Origin: Chiloscyllium plagiosum
Lineage: Eukaryota
Direction of reading: 5' to 3'
Assembly: GCF_004010195.1 (NCBI RefSeq)
Contig: NC_057719.1
Coordinates: 27,881,974-27,901,973, forward strand
DNA length: 20,000 nt
The notes beneath the pieces were generated by a model. It worked only from the letters and a program-made list of their open reading frames with translations, had not been told where the DNA came from and searched no databases. Numbering within the stretch: the stretch's first letter is position 1; every line of letters begins with the position of its first letter. The position numbers and the translations under genes are program-made. Shown piece after piece: positions 1 through 10,588 of this stretch.

Positions 1-550
1 GAGTTCCTCCTCTCTGGAATTTACATGTTACTGCAGAAAGTTATACCTAATGATTAAATGGTGTACCTGGAATATCAAGGGAAGTCACTCAGCAATTAAG
101 AAGAAGGTGGTACTTTTGAATCATAGAAAGAAGGTGGATATTGCTTTGTTACAGGAGACACATTTGGATGATAGGGAGCATTTGAAACTACAGCAGAAAG
201 GTTTTGATCGGGTTTACTTTTCATCATTTAATACCAGAAGTAAGGGAGCGGCTATATTGGTTAGGAGGAATCTCCCATTTAAGTTACTAAATTGTGTTAA
301 AGACATACACAGGAAGAATATGGTGTTTTAAATGTTTATTGCCCTCCAGCTCATCCCTCAAATTTTTGGTAGATACGTTTTCTAAACTGATCAGTTTTGA
401 GCCCCGGCATATCATTATAGGGGGAGATTTCAACTGTTTCATGGATCACACAGTAGACAGGTTGCCTAAAGGCCCTTTAATACACTCTGTACAAACTAAA
501 CAACTAGTGGATCTGTGTGCGGAGTTGAGTTGGTGGACTTCTGGAGGAGT

Positions 551-880
551 CTCCACCCTACAAGCAGGGAGTTTATTTTTTTTTCCCAATCCGCACAGAT
601 GTCACACCAGGATTAATTTTTTTCTGACCCCTGTGGCAACCCTGGACCTGGTGGTACCTTGTACAATTGGTAATATTACCATCTTTGATCACACTCCAGT
701 GTTGAAAATGTGTTGCTCCACCCTACAAGCAGGGAGTTTATTTTTTTTTCCCAATCCGCACAGATGTCACACCAGGATTATTTTTTTTCTGACCCCTGTG
801 GCAACCCTGGACCTGGTGGTACCTTGTACAGTTGGTAATATTACCATCTTTGATCACACTCCAGTGTTGAAAATGTGTTG
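551..880. repeat. 165-bp tandem duplication (551-715 / 716-880)
   Basis: Two near-identical copies run CTCCACCCTACAAGC...GTTGAAAATGTGTTG, with only about 2 substitutions seen. Each unit includes the first ~15 nt of the adjacent insertion. Confidence 0.95.
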
Positions 881-1094
881 CTGGAAAAGCGCAGCAGGTC
901 AGGCAGCATCCAAGGAGCAGGAGAATCGACGTTTCGGGCATGAGCCCTTCTTCAGGAAAGCCCTTCGTGAAGAAGGGCTCATGCCCGAAACGTCGATTCT
1001 CCTGCTCCTTGGATGCTGCCTGACCTGCTGCGCTTTTCCAGCAATACATTTTCAGCTCTGATCTCCAGCATCTGCAGTCCTCACTTTTCCCTTT
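866..1094 (+). mobile_element. Miniature fold-back Penelope-like terminal element (family A) with 12-bp TSD
   Basis: Inverted arms 868-954 and 968-1054 (87 bp, 1 mismatch) flank a 13-nt spacer, and the right arm extends to ...CAGCATCTGCAGTCCTCACTTTTCC. TSD TCACACTCCAGT lies at 854-865 and 1095-1106. The L1 frame (DHTPV|HLLVK) rejoins when the insert is removed. Confidence 0.88.
923..958 (-). ncRNA. Minimal type-I hammerhead ribozyme motif (intact core)
   Basis: The minus strand reads UUC-CUGAAGA-A-GGGC-UCAU-GCCC-GAAAC-GUC-GAUUC. This gives the conserved core, a 4-bp helix II, a loopless palindromic helix III (ACGU) and a GUC cleavage triplet at 930-928. Helix I is weak. Confidence 0.7.
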
Positions 1095-1656
1095 TCACAC
1101 TCCAGTACACCTGTTGGTTAAGATTAAGGACGTTACAGTGGGTTCAAGACACTGGCAAATGGATCCCTTTATCCTCAAGGATAATAAGCTGGCAGAGTAT
1201 TTCTCTAGGGAATTTCCAGCGTTCCTAGCCATTATCTCAGGCTCGGTTAGTCGTCCAACCATCCTTTGGGAAACTGCCAAAGCCTATGCAGGGGGTTAGT
1301 TATTTCCTACTTTGCCAGTGGGAAGCAGCAGAAGGACAAGCAGCAAAGTCCACTCGAGGCATGGTTGAAGGCTTACTTTGATAGGCTCTCGTTGGTCAAG
1401 CTACAGTGGATTATGGTGCTGCGGTCTGCATTGAATTCCGTGCTCACTCAGATGGCAAAGAAGGGGCTTACCTTTGCAAAGCAAAGGTTACATGAGCATG
1501 GTGACAGACCAGGCAAATAATTAGTATATCTCGCCTGGAAAAGGAATGCCCCACAACCCATTACAGCGATTAGGGAAGGGTCTGGGAACCTAACATGTGA
1601 CTCCAAAACTATTAATGTGGCATTCCAGAGATTTTACTCTAAGTAAACCAATCTGA

Positions 1657-1686
1657 GGGTTGAGGGGAGGGGAGGGGAGGGGTGGG
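1657..1686 (+). repeat. (GGGGA)n purine microsatellite, potential G-quadruplex
   Basis: GGGTTGAGGGGAGGGGAGGGGAGGGGTGGG has six G-tracts and sits inside the L1 fragment. Confidence 0.7.
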
Positions 1687-1963
1687 TCAAAATGAAATCT
1701 TTTTTAAAAAGATCTGGAGCTCCTGGGCGTGACCCCCCACAAGAATCCTTTCTCAATGCCCCCTTATCAGATCAAGAGGTGCAGGAATCTATGAAGCAGC
1801 TTCAGAGTGGAAAGATGCCTGATGAACTTCCCAGCGAATTATATAAGGAATTTATAAGCATACTATCAGGCCCAATGCTCAATATGTTTAATGACCAATA
1901 CAGCCATGATTGTCTGGCACCATCTCAGAGGCGCCAATATTTCACTTATTCTTAACAATTGGA

Positions 1964-2404
1964 TGCTGGAGGCAAGGGTAATGGGTTAACAAGGTGAAAA
2001 AGCATTCATTATGTAGTGCCATTTAATAAGATGAGGCATTCAATATGTAAAGTCAGTTAACAAGGCGAAAAGCCTTCACCATGTGAAGCCAGTTATTCAT
2101 TGTTTAACAGCAGATGACTTAATCTTTACTATTGACACTCGCTGATTGTAACGGTCACCCAATCGATATATGCATGTTGCCTTATCTGGATGCTCCTCCT
2201 TGTAAGCGACTATATAATTCCTTAAGAAACTGCTGTTCCAGAGAAGACCGAGAACTCATGTCGCTGTGCATACGGGCAATCATTCTCTCTCCCTCCAGAG
2301 TCTGGAATAAAGATGAAGGAGGTAAAACCATATTGTGTCTCAGAGGTTGCTTCGACTGATACGGGGATAGGCAAAACAGGACGACACGTAAGCTAGCGTC
2401 AACA
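1964..2404 (+). mobile_element. Probable solo LTR (441 bp)
   Basis: It starts TG and ends CA, with imperfect inverted termini (TGCTGGAGGC / GCGTCAACA). TATATAA lies at ~2211 and AATAAA at ~2306. U3-like internal repeats (GTTAACAAGG-GAAAA twice) and retained CpGs are present. The flanks TGGA (1960-63) and TGGT (2405-08) form a 3/4-matched 4-bp TSD. Confidence 0.65.
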
Positions 2405-2614
2405 TGGTCTGCAGCCCTTCCAAATGACAAGTCAAAATGGCATGAAATTGTGAATCAATGCTGATCATGAAATGCTGCTTAATGATACACAGCATATTGA
2501 TCTTACTGAGACTTAGTTTGTAGCTACCAAAAGAAAATGTACTAAAAGGAAAGCTGCTTTAGGATTTATTAGCTTAGGGTAATACCAAGGTTTGTGCAGA
2601 ACACAATTGCTGTT

Positions 2615-2820
2615 GCATGAGAAGCTGTGGATTCGAGAACTTGAGTGCATAACTCAAGCTGACATTTAACTGAATGCCAGATAGTTACACACAGGGAATC
2701 ACAATGGCAAAATGCTGCAGTCTCAACTTCAAGGTACCTTGATACATACTTCCATCATAATGGCTCTTGTGGAGCCTTCTATGCAAAATTTCTCCTACAT
2801 TCACTTGAGCTTTGAACCAG
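2615..2820 (+). mobile_element. Very old SINE remnant, DeuSINE/SacSINE1-like
   Basis: Patchy similarity to recalled consensus segments (GAAG..GTGG.TTC.AG..CTTGAG..CA.AA.TC.AG.CTGACA and TTGTGG.AGC.TT.CT.TGC.AAATT..CCTACATT). Judged from memory, not aligned. Confidence 0.35.
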
Positions 2821-3034
2821 GAAGGGGTTCTGCATCAATATGGTAGTTTTTGATCTTAAACAGGATGTAACAAATCGCTGTGCATGTCTGACAGCTTTTA
2901 CAGATCTTGTGTGCTTCAGAAGTGCCCTTAAATGTATCACAAAATACAATACCAACGACTAACACGGGCAATACTGTCACAGGATTAAGACATAGATTGT
3001 CCTCCCAATCTAATCCCTTGATAATATCAGATCA

Positions 3035-3220
3035 GCAAGCCTAAACTCTGAAATTTCCTCCCTGAATACTCATTTTGTCCTTGAACTCACCTCTTTGACT
3101 AATGTATTGGTCACCTTCCCAATACCTTGCCCTTTCAGAGAAAATCATTTTACTTTCGGCCTCAATGACTCACACGATTCTTTTTCTACAACGCGAGACA
3201 CTAAATAAATCTACATTGTT
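3035..3220 (+). mobile_element. L2-type 3' tail remnant
   Basis: CCTAAACTCTGAAATTTCCTCCCT...CCTTGAACTCACCTCTTTGACTAA...TTGGTCACC...TTTTCTAC...ACTAAATAAAT resembles the conserved L2 3' end. Confidence 0.55.
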
Positions 3221-3402
3221 GGATTTTGAAGCAAATTTGCTCAGACTACCTGAATAGATTCTTCAATGATCATAATTATAATAGAGACCAAAAAACCAAT
3301 GACATTCAGCATGTGAATGCCAGACAGTGACAGGTGGGAGAAGGTCACCCTGACTTGCTGAAATCTGGGCAGTCACCAGACTGAATGAGTTTTAAAAGAA
3401 AC

Positions 3403-4066
3403 GAAGAAGAAATTGCTGGAAAACCTCAGTGGGTCTGGCAGCATCTTTGGGGAGAAATCAGACTTAATGTTTTGGGTCGAGTGATCCTTTAGAGGATTAA
3501 CTGATTTCTCCTCACAGACATGGTGTGGTGAAACGGTTAAAAATTATGTCCCAATACATGTGTGAATCTAACCGGAATGGAGGTGTTGCTTAGTCCCGTG
3601 TGAATCTTATTACACACCTCCCCGTGTGAATCTTCTTATCTGTATGTAACCAGAATGGAATGTGTTTTTTAGCCTTGCTCTGCTGTTCACATGAATGTTT
3701 ATATCTGGAAAAGAGTATATCAGCTGGAAAAGTCTCCAGTTCGGTGAGTCTGCTCTGGGGTTGCGTTTAACCGCCGAGCGTGGGTTGTTGGCAACCGCTC
3801 TACGAGAACTGACGGCTCCCAGTTCCGGTAACATGTAGAGTGAGTATAAGCCAGACCCGTTGTAAGTATGAGACCTGGTTGTGGCGACGCTGCGGGGAAT
3901 AAAATGCTCATATTCTAGCAGACTCGCCTCTTGGTCGTTTGTTCTGTGTCAGACTACTCTCCTACGAACCTGACCTTGAGAATTTTTTAAAACACATGGC
4001 CAGACCACCTGAGCTTTTCCAGCAATTTGTTTCTGTTTCCAATCAACAGCATCCGCAGTTTTCACA
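3403..4066 (+). mobile_element. Older fold-back PLE-terminal element (family B), split by a solo LTR
   Basis: The left arm AAATTGCTGGAAAACCTCAG..GGTCTGGCAGCATC..GGGGAGAAATCAGACTTAAT is inverted relative to the right arm ATTAACTGATTTCTCCTCACAGA|CCAGACC..CTGAGCTTTTCCAGCAATTT. A diverged 13-bp TSD reads TTTTAAAAGAAAC (3390-3402) / TTTTAAGAGAAGC (4067-4079). Confidence 0.75.
3524..3994 (+). mobile_element. Solo LTR (471 bp) with exact 5-bp TSD
   Basis: Termini are TGT...ACA, with TSD CATGG at 3519-3523 and 3995-3999. TATAA lies at ~3845 and AATAAA at 3898-3903. U3 has a repeated GTGTGAATCT (x3) and AACC[G/A]GAATGGA (x2). The host element rejoins across it. Confidence 0.9.
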
Positions 4067-5724
4067 TTTTAAGAGAAGCTTCATTTCAAAGACATAAACT
4101 CAAACAAAAAGCAAATCACCATAATTTTTAGAAAATGTTGTACACAGAGCTTTGGACTGAGCTAATGCTCAGCATTATAACTCAGACATTGTAAACAATG
4201 ATGTGTGTACAAATTGGGGGGTTCTGTGAAATTAAAGTAACTTGATACATACACACATGAATGGGTTAGAACAAATGAACCAAGGCAACCAAAGTACTTG
4301 AGAATTTTATACAATATCCCACATACCCTATAACACTCTGGTACTTCAGTTCAGGTGACAAGGTAAACACTTCATCTTATGTAAATCGCAACCATTAACT
4401 TTTTGCCAACATGTGTTATCTGATATTGCAGTTCTTTCTTAAGAAACACAATTTTAAAATTAAGTGTTTTAAAAATGTGTACATTTAAAAGCAAGCATAA
4501 GAAAATCTCTTCAGGGTGGAGGGCACATAGACCATCTCTGTTACAACGGACTGTTTTAAAGCATAGCGAATGGTACTATTGCTGACTCAGATCTCAAAAA
4601 GACTTTTAGAATATATGTGGTCTTCAACAATACAATGGATCCTTCTAAAAGATGTAAAACAATGGTTCCTACCTCAGACATCAAAGTGGGAGTTAACACA
4701 TTTATTGTCTTTTAGCTAAGGCAATCCATAAATGCGTCTGGCTTAAAACCCTGGATTACTCAACCCTCATTGTGGTTAGGATGACCCAGTCTGGAAGTCA
4801 CTTTTACAAGTTGAAACTGTATAAAACTGACTGTACAGCCACCTTGATGTGTAGAATGCCAAGTCTTTGAGAACTACTCTCAGATGGAAGCTTTCTGCAA
4901 GGGAGGATTTAGAGACAAGGATATTTGCAAACCAAATTCTGGTGTGTTGAAAGGAATGTGAATTAAATAAGATCAAGGATTTCTCTCCCTCCCAAAAAAA
5001 ACCCATCTACTAAACTACTGAAGTCATCATGTTAATAATGAATTCAAACAATTATGGTAATGATGATAATGATACCTATGGTTGATATACCACACTGATT
5101 TATTGGGACATTCTGCTTATTGTCTTATCTGTAAAATAATAAAATACTCATGTAATGTCTTGTCAAAACTTCCATTTCAAGGAACCTTCAGTAAATAACT
5201 GCTAACAAAATAACCTAAAATCTTTTTAAACAAGAGCTTTACTCCAGTTATACAGGGAGTGTCGACAAGAATGCTTCTCTCAAATTCAATTATTTTATCT
5301 TTTAAAAAACACAAAAAGGATGTTTGAATGTGTCCATTTTCAGATGTCCATCACAATCTCAAGAACAATTTCCAAGTACCAATTGCAAAACAAACTTTCT
5401 ACTTTCTTTCAATTACCAGAAATGAATAGCACAAATATCAATCTTACAACTCAAATCACTTACTATGCCTGTCAAATTTGATCTCAATTATTTTGTGAAC
5501 TAGCTCTTCTTCAAACATGAAATGAGCAAATTGAAACAATACGAAAACTAAATCAGCAGATTAAAATACAGAATATCCAAAGTTTACTAAAGTATCAATC
5601 AACAACGCTCGCTGATTTGTGCCAATGGCTACTACCTGGAAACATTTAAGTTTAAAAAAATTACAGTTACCTTCGCATTACAACAAGTTCAGGGCCAACA
5701 GTGAAAGGTAGCAGCACTGATATT

Positions 5725-5840
5725 CCCCAAGGACATTGTGGTTCAAGAAGGCACTCATCACGACTTAAGGGCAACTAGGGACAGACAATAAATGCTGGCC
5801 AGCCAGTGACACCCATACTGCATGGGTTAATAAAAAAAAA
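5725..5840 (+). mobile_element. 3' end of a CR1-like LINE/SINE with A-tail
   Basis: GTGGTTCAAGAAGGCA..CTTAAGGGCAACTAGGGA..GACAATAAATGCTGGCCAGCCAGTGACACCCA..AATAAAAAAAAA. A related copy lies inverted at 8735-8825. Confidence 0.6.
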
Positions 5841-6619
5841 GCATAAGTTTCCAGAAAAATGGAAAGCCATATCCATGAAACATGGTGCCAACAAGTAGCT
5901 CTGCTGCTGGCTTCTTCTAAGCTTCCACAGCCATTCTGCATTTATAGCTGTTCCTTATTGTCACTGGTACGGTGGAACCCAAACCACAAAAACATATGAA
6001 TGCTTCACTTGCAAGTTATTAAAGCTTCGTAATATGTGCACTGATGTTAAAAAATCTGGAAGCACTTACTGATTAAATATTAATTGAGCACCAACCCCTA
6101 TGCAAACATAGATCTAAATACCATTCTGCTTCAATATTTTCTGCATACTCCATTCAGGGCAAAGCAAGCATATAGATAAGCAACAACAGTTGACAAAAGC
6201 TTCCCACCACTGATGTTTCTTTTGCAAAGACACAGACTTACTTCAATTATAACTCTCAAACATCTCATTCAAATAATAATTTCTCAAAAACTTAAGGACC
6301 TCTATACCAAGTATAATGCTCTTAAATCAGGCTACAAACTAAGATAGGCCATTAGAAAACCCAACAAAAAGTGTCACAATGTTTATCTTCAGCAGTTTCT
6401 GCAACTGAATTTGGTGCAAGCAACATTACAAACGATAGAACAAGTAGCATAAAAGGACAATAGACAATACAAAGCAAGAGAGAATTAAGAGCCACAATAG
6501 CAGTGCTCTGTGGCCACTGGGTGAGATGTCCAAGGAATCTGCATATCTAAAATAACTCTGCACTTATAAAAGGAGATTATATTCAGCCTCCCAACGTCAG
6601 CTTGATCAATAGAAGGCAA

Positions 6620-6790
6620 AGTACAGAACACAAAACAGTACACCAAATAAACTGGCCCTTCAGCTCACCATGTTGCCATTCTAAATTAACTCCAACTGCC
6701 TGCCCATGGTCCCTATTCCTTTATTCCCAGCCTATTTGTGTGTCTTGTCGATATATCTCTGAAATGTTGCTTTGGTATATGCTTCTACCT
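6620..6790 (-). mobile_element. CR1 3'-end remnant
   Basis: ACAGAACACAAAACAGTACA...GGCCCTTCAGCTCACCATGTTG resembles the reverse complement of the CR1 3' stem-loop and tail seen at ~16960-17013. Confidence 0.45.
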
Positions 6791-7656
6791 CTTGAAAAGT
6801 ATTACTAACGTTTATAATTTGATTGTTAAATAAGCTTTAAGCATTTTAAAAAGTCAGTCCAACTTTAAGAAATCTAAAAACCTTAATTTAAATCTACTTT
6901 TCTTTATGCACCCAAGTGTGGAATGGGTTCACGTTAGATCCTAGCTTACATAAGCTTCTGTGACATTTTACTTTATCAAAAGCTAGTAAATGACAAATGC
7001 TTCTTAATGTGTCACTCATTACAGCTCAGTTATGTTGAAATAGCAGCAAGCACCACCATGGGGGGGGGGGGCGGAATTCAAAACTACTTCACCAAAGTCA
7101 TGTTGTGACTGAAATCAACATCTTTAGCACAGATTATGTGCAGTTAGTAAACTTGTTTCATGTTTTTATGTCCATTGTCAGGTGCACTCAGCAATATTCC
7201 CACTCCTGATAATGGTCCTACAAAGCAAGTAGAAGGCAGAGGCTACACAGGTGGTTACCCAGTGAAGGTAGGTTGCCATGTCCAAGAACCCGTGAACACT
7301 ATTTAATAAAACTGGACTGTGAGCAGAGGTGTAAGAGGAAACTAAAATTGGCTATTTAATAAAAATTGAATACTTCTCACTCGTCCATTGTGCAACTATA
7401 CAAAGCTCTCAGCAATCTTCAAACACCTACGCACTCTTATTAATTTAAGAGCATGTTGCCTCTTCTAAGTACCAATGGCAGATTTACTGTTGGGTAAACT
7501 TTAAGACTGAAATTTCTGGGCATTATAACTTCAGAAAGCTTTTTCCAGACGTGGCACTCTGTGGAATGACATAAGAACACAGCAACAGAAATTCAATATT
7601 AAACAAATATTAACAACTACTAATGCTGTTAATTGGCATTTAAAGTTTTCAGATTG

Positions 7657-7717
7657 ATACAATGGAAAACAATAAAATTGTATAGCTTCTAAACTATACA
7701 ATGGAAAACAATAAAAT
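7657..7717. repeat. 22-bp direct repeat
   Basis: ATACAATGGAAAACAATAAAAT occurs at 7657-7678 and 7696-7717. Confidence 0.9.
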
Positions 7718-7718
7718 A

Positions 7719-8190
7719 CAGGTAGTTCTCCTATGACCCTGTAATTGCATTCCAGCAACATCTTGCTTAATAGAAATAATGGGGCCTTTGAGAAAAGTGG
7801 GGTTGGGGTAGACCAGCAGAAAGCATCAATTACGATTGCTCAAAAATCACTAAAAGTCTAACACAAAGTATAACACAGCCTGAATGAAGGTTGAAATCAT
7901 ATTTATTAATGAAGCAAAAGTAAATTTAACACAGTACATTTAAAAAAAATGTAAGAAAGCTGCTCTCTGTACAATACCTCTCAGAAACATGCTCTCAGCA
8001 GCTGCCATCAGCACATGTGCAGAATGGCACAGATATCGGCATGTGTGCAGGACAACACGGACATTGGTGCATTCGCAAAAAGCAGCGCGCGAACCAATCC
8101 TTGCTGGAATTGGCTACTATGAATGGAGATGAGTGCTCCCGAAACTACTGTTCCCTAATTCTTCTGGCACGTTACAGGCAAATCATGCCT
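7719..8190. mobile_element. Possible pogo/Tigger-like DNA transposon fragment (one end only)
   Basis: TA|CAGGTAGTTCTCCTAT resembles a Tigger-type terminal inverted repeat (TIR) after a TA site. Internal ~27-nt degenerate repeats (TGTGCAG...) lie at ~8015-8090. No matching right TIR was found, so the right boundary is approximate. Confidence 0.35.
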
Positions 8191-8734
8191 TAAAATTAAA
8201 TAATGTTAATTTTAAGAGATTATATTAATCCGGTTTGTTCTATACACGTGAAGTGGAAAACATTAAAAAAAAGATTGATAACATACAGAAAGAGTTTACT
8301 TTGAAAGTACCCAGAAAACCCAATACTCTTTGGGATATAAGAAAGCAAAGTGTCCTTTTTCCATTCGTCAGCAGGTCATATACATGTTGATGGCCAACAT
8401 GAATTGCTTATAGCAGCTCTTGAACTTAAACAGCCTTAAATTAAATTTATTTCCACAGTCATTACCTCAATAACTTATGTTTTCTCGGATCTCAGTTAAT
8501 TAAGCATTCTTTTGCTGACAGGTTTAAAATTAGTCAGCTCTCCATTGCAGCCTCCTTCATACCCCTCAATTCCCCGACCACCAACCACCTTTCCTGAGCT
8601 GATGCAATCTCAAGACGTTAGCTAAAGGCAATCACTAATCCTAGACTTGTGCTTACTTTAAAACATCTATTTCCCATTGTCTACTAACTATTTCACCTGC
8701 AGTAAGTCCTTAGAGGAAGTATTTTAACTTCCAA

Positions 8735-8825
8735 TGGGACAAGGACATCACTGACAAGGCCAGTATTCATGGCTCATCCATAATTGTCCTTGAGAAGGTG
8801 GGACTGAGCTATCTTCTTAAAGCTG
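8735..8825 (-). mobile_element. 3' end of a CR1-like element (same family as 5725-5840)
   Basis: CATCACTGACAAGGCCAGTATTCATGGCTCATCCATAATTGTCCTTGAGAAGGTGG is a diverged reverse complement of 5725-5840. Confidence 0.55.
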
Positions 8826-10311
8826 TCACAAGTACCTGATTATATATTTCATGTATTGAGTTATAAGTTTTAATTTTAGAAATTGAATTTAAAATGTCAA
8901 TAAGTGGAAATATCTGATTAACAAGCTGGTGAACCAACCTGAAAGTAGTTCAATTAAAACAGACCATGGCAATCACAGCTTTGAAGGGAAGATGTGTATT
9001 GCTGGTATGGTTATAAAAGGTGTTCACAGGTAGGACTACAATAGTCATTTTGACTTTGTTTGGAATATCTCAAAATATGTCACCGAGCTAAAGAGATAAG
9101 ATTACGATGGGTGGGTAGTATTTTTTTGCTAGGCTTTATCTGAATGCTCTCTTACAGAAAGCAAGCTGCTTAACTTGGAGATAAGAAGAGAGAAGGTCTA
9201 TAGCAGCTGCAAAGTGAGTGAAGAGCTATCAGAAAAAAGTATGTTTGTTTTGAATGTCACTAAACAAAAAAGGTGTGATGTGCAACTTGAAGAGTTGCAG
9301 GTTGCTGTGCCGAACACTACTGGAAGGATTTCAAAGTAACTTGTACCCAGGAGATAACTGGAACATTGAGGAACAATGCAGTGAATAATAAGGAGCTGTG
9401 GCATACTTGGTTTTGAGTCAAAAAAAAGGAAACAGAATATAAATCCAGATCCCCTTGTAGTAATTCTTAGTAAACTATAGTGTTAAGAATTAAAGCAAAC
9501 ACTGAAAAATTATGTAAATAGTAAAATCTTTTAAACACATGAAATCTAGTGTAGTTCTTTTAGTTGATCATTCAAATATTTAACTTTCACTTTAAACATG
9601 TACAGTCTCTAGAGACTATTGCATTTTGTTATGATCTATCTGGTACAGTTGATTTCAAAGAAGTCATAACGTTAAGACATTGAGATAGGGCCCTTAAATT
9701 AAATTGCTAGTTGCTGGTAATCAAATAGGATTGCTTGCTTACTCTCACCTATGTTAGGATCAACAATGCATCCAAAAACTGGATTCACCCTCCAATATCT
9801 TTGCAAACTAGTTCAAAGTATCCTCACCCCGAGACCAGATAGGGTTTTCAATCTGCTTAGAAGATTTGTGTGAGTCCATTGTTGTTAAATTCCCTACAAT
9901 TATATTAAAGCTACCCAATCTCCTTCTAACCACCATCTTGTATAGCATCCTGCTCTAAGCTGCTAACGACAACATTCTGGCTGGTGCAGTCTCCCATTAT
10001 TGCTTAGTCACCAATCACCAATTATCATGTACCTCTTTACCAAAAACAATTCTAAAGCAAACTGAGACACTGATTCCCCTCTCTTCTATGTTGAGGAATC
10101 TCGAACTTTCACTGAGTCAGTAAGTCTAAGCTAGAGGGTGATAGGTCTACTGTAGCCACATTCGCAGAGGGCAATATACCATTTATCTCCCACACTGTAA
10201 TTCAAACATAGCATGCTTTACCATATTTTGGTCTATATTATCCATACCTACTAATTAGATAGGGTTGACATGGTATTTTTAAAAGACAAACAGCCACTAG
10301 GCTCTGTACTC

Positions 10312-10427
10312 CAACAAAGGAGGGGGAAAAAAACTGGAGGCTCAAATATTGGCATGTGTCAAACATCTTCAACAAAGGAGGGGGAAAAAAACTGGAGGCT
10401 CAAATATTGGCATGTGTCAAACATCTT
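10312..10427. repeat. Perfect 58-bp tandem duplication
   Basis: CAACAAAGGAGGGGGAAAAAAACTGGAGGCTCAAATATTGGCATGTGTCAAACATCTT occurs at 10312-10369 and 10370-10427. Confidence 0.95.
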
Positions 10428-10588
10428 CCAGTAGATAGCATAAAGAAAGCGAATCCAAGAAATGGATGATCAGAAATATTTACTTGACCAAGGGCAGACA
10501 GAGGAACAGGCAACAAGGGAGATAGTGTGCTCACAATTTCAGGGTGGCTTTTCTAATCCATAACTATTTAAATGTGCACTGCTACAAT

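Larger units (their letters stand above)
50..1955 (+). mobile_element. Decayed L1-clade LINE ORF2 fragment (APE endonuclease, linker, start of RT region), frameshifted and 3'-truncated
   Basis: Translation gives APE motifs TWNIKG, DIALLQETHL, IIIGGDFN and DHTPV. These are followed by L1 linker-like segments (LWETAKAY, LHEHGDRPGK) and the RT-proximal 'QLQSGKMPDELPSELYKEF' (cf. KAPGPDG). There are many stops and frameshifts. The element is interrupted by a duplication (551-880) and an insertion (866-1094) and ends just before an LTR-like sequence. Confidence 0.93.

Noticed and set aside
551..1054. CRISPR-like or prokaryotic repeat array
   Set aside because: The context is vertebrate, and the repeats are a simple duplication and an inverted pair with no repeat-spacer periodicity.
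294..1061. 255-aa ORF as a real gene
   Set aside because: It is a chimera of L1 endonuclease sequence, the 165-bp duplication and the palindromic insert.
2405..2422. TGGT after the LTR as a tRNA primer-binding site
   Set aside because: The following bases match no tRNA 3' end I recognise, and no gag-like sequence follows. A TSD fits better.
2507..2523. 17-nt minus-strand micro-exon (ttttcttttggtag|...|gtaaga)
   Set aside because: Splice-like motifs only, which are expected by chance in T-rich intron sequence.
3089..3131. Minus-strand exon ending GAG|gtgagt
   Set aside because: It lies within an L2 tail remnant and has a weak acceptor.
4875..5032. Intronic box C/D snoRNA (minus-strand ATGATGA at ~5030)
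   Set aside because: There is no suitably spaced D box with a terminal stem.
8824..9670. Old solo LTR (TGTCAC...GTCATAAC)
   Set aside because: LTR-like in texture, but it has no CA terminus and no TSD.
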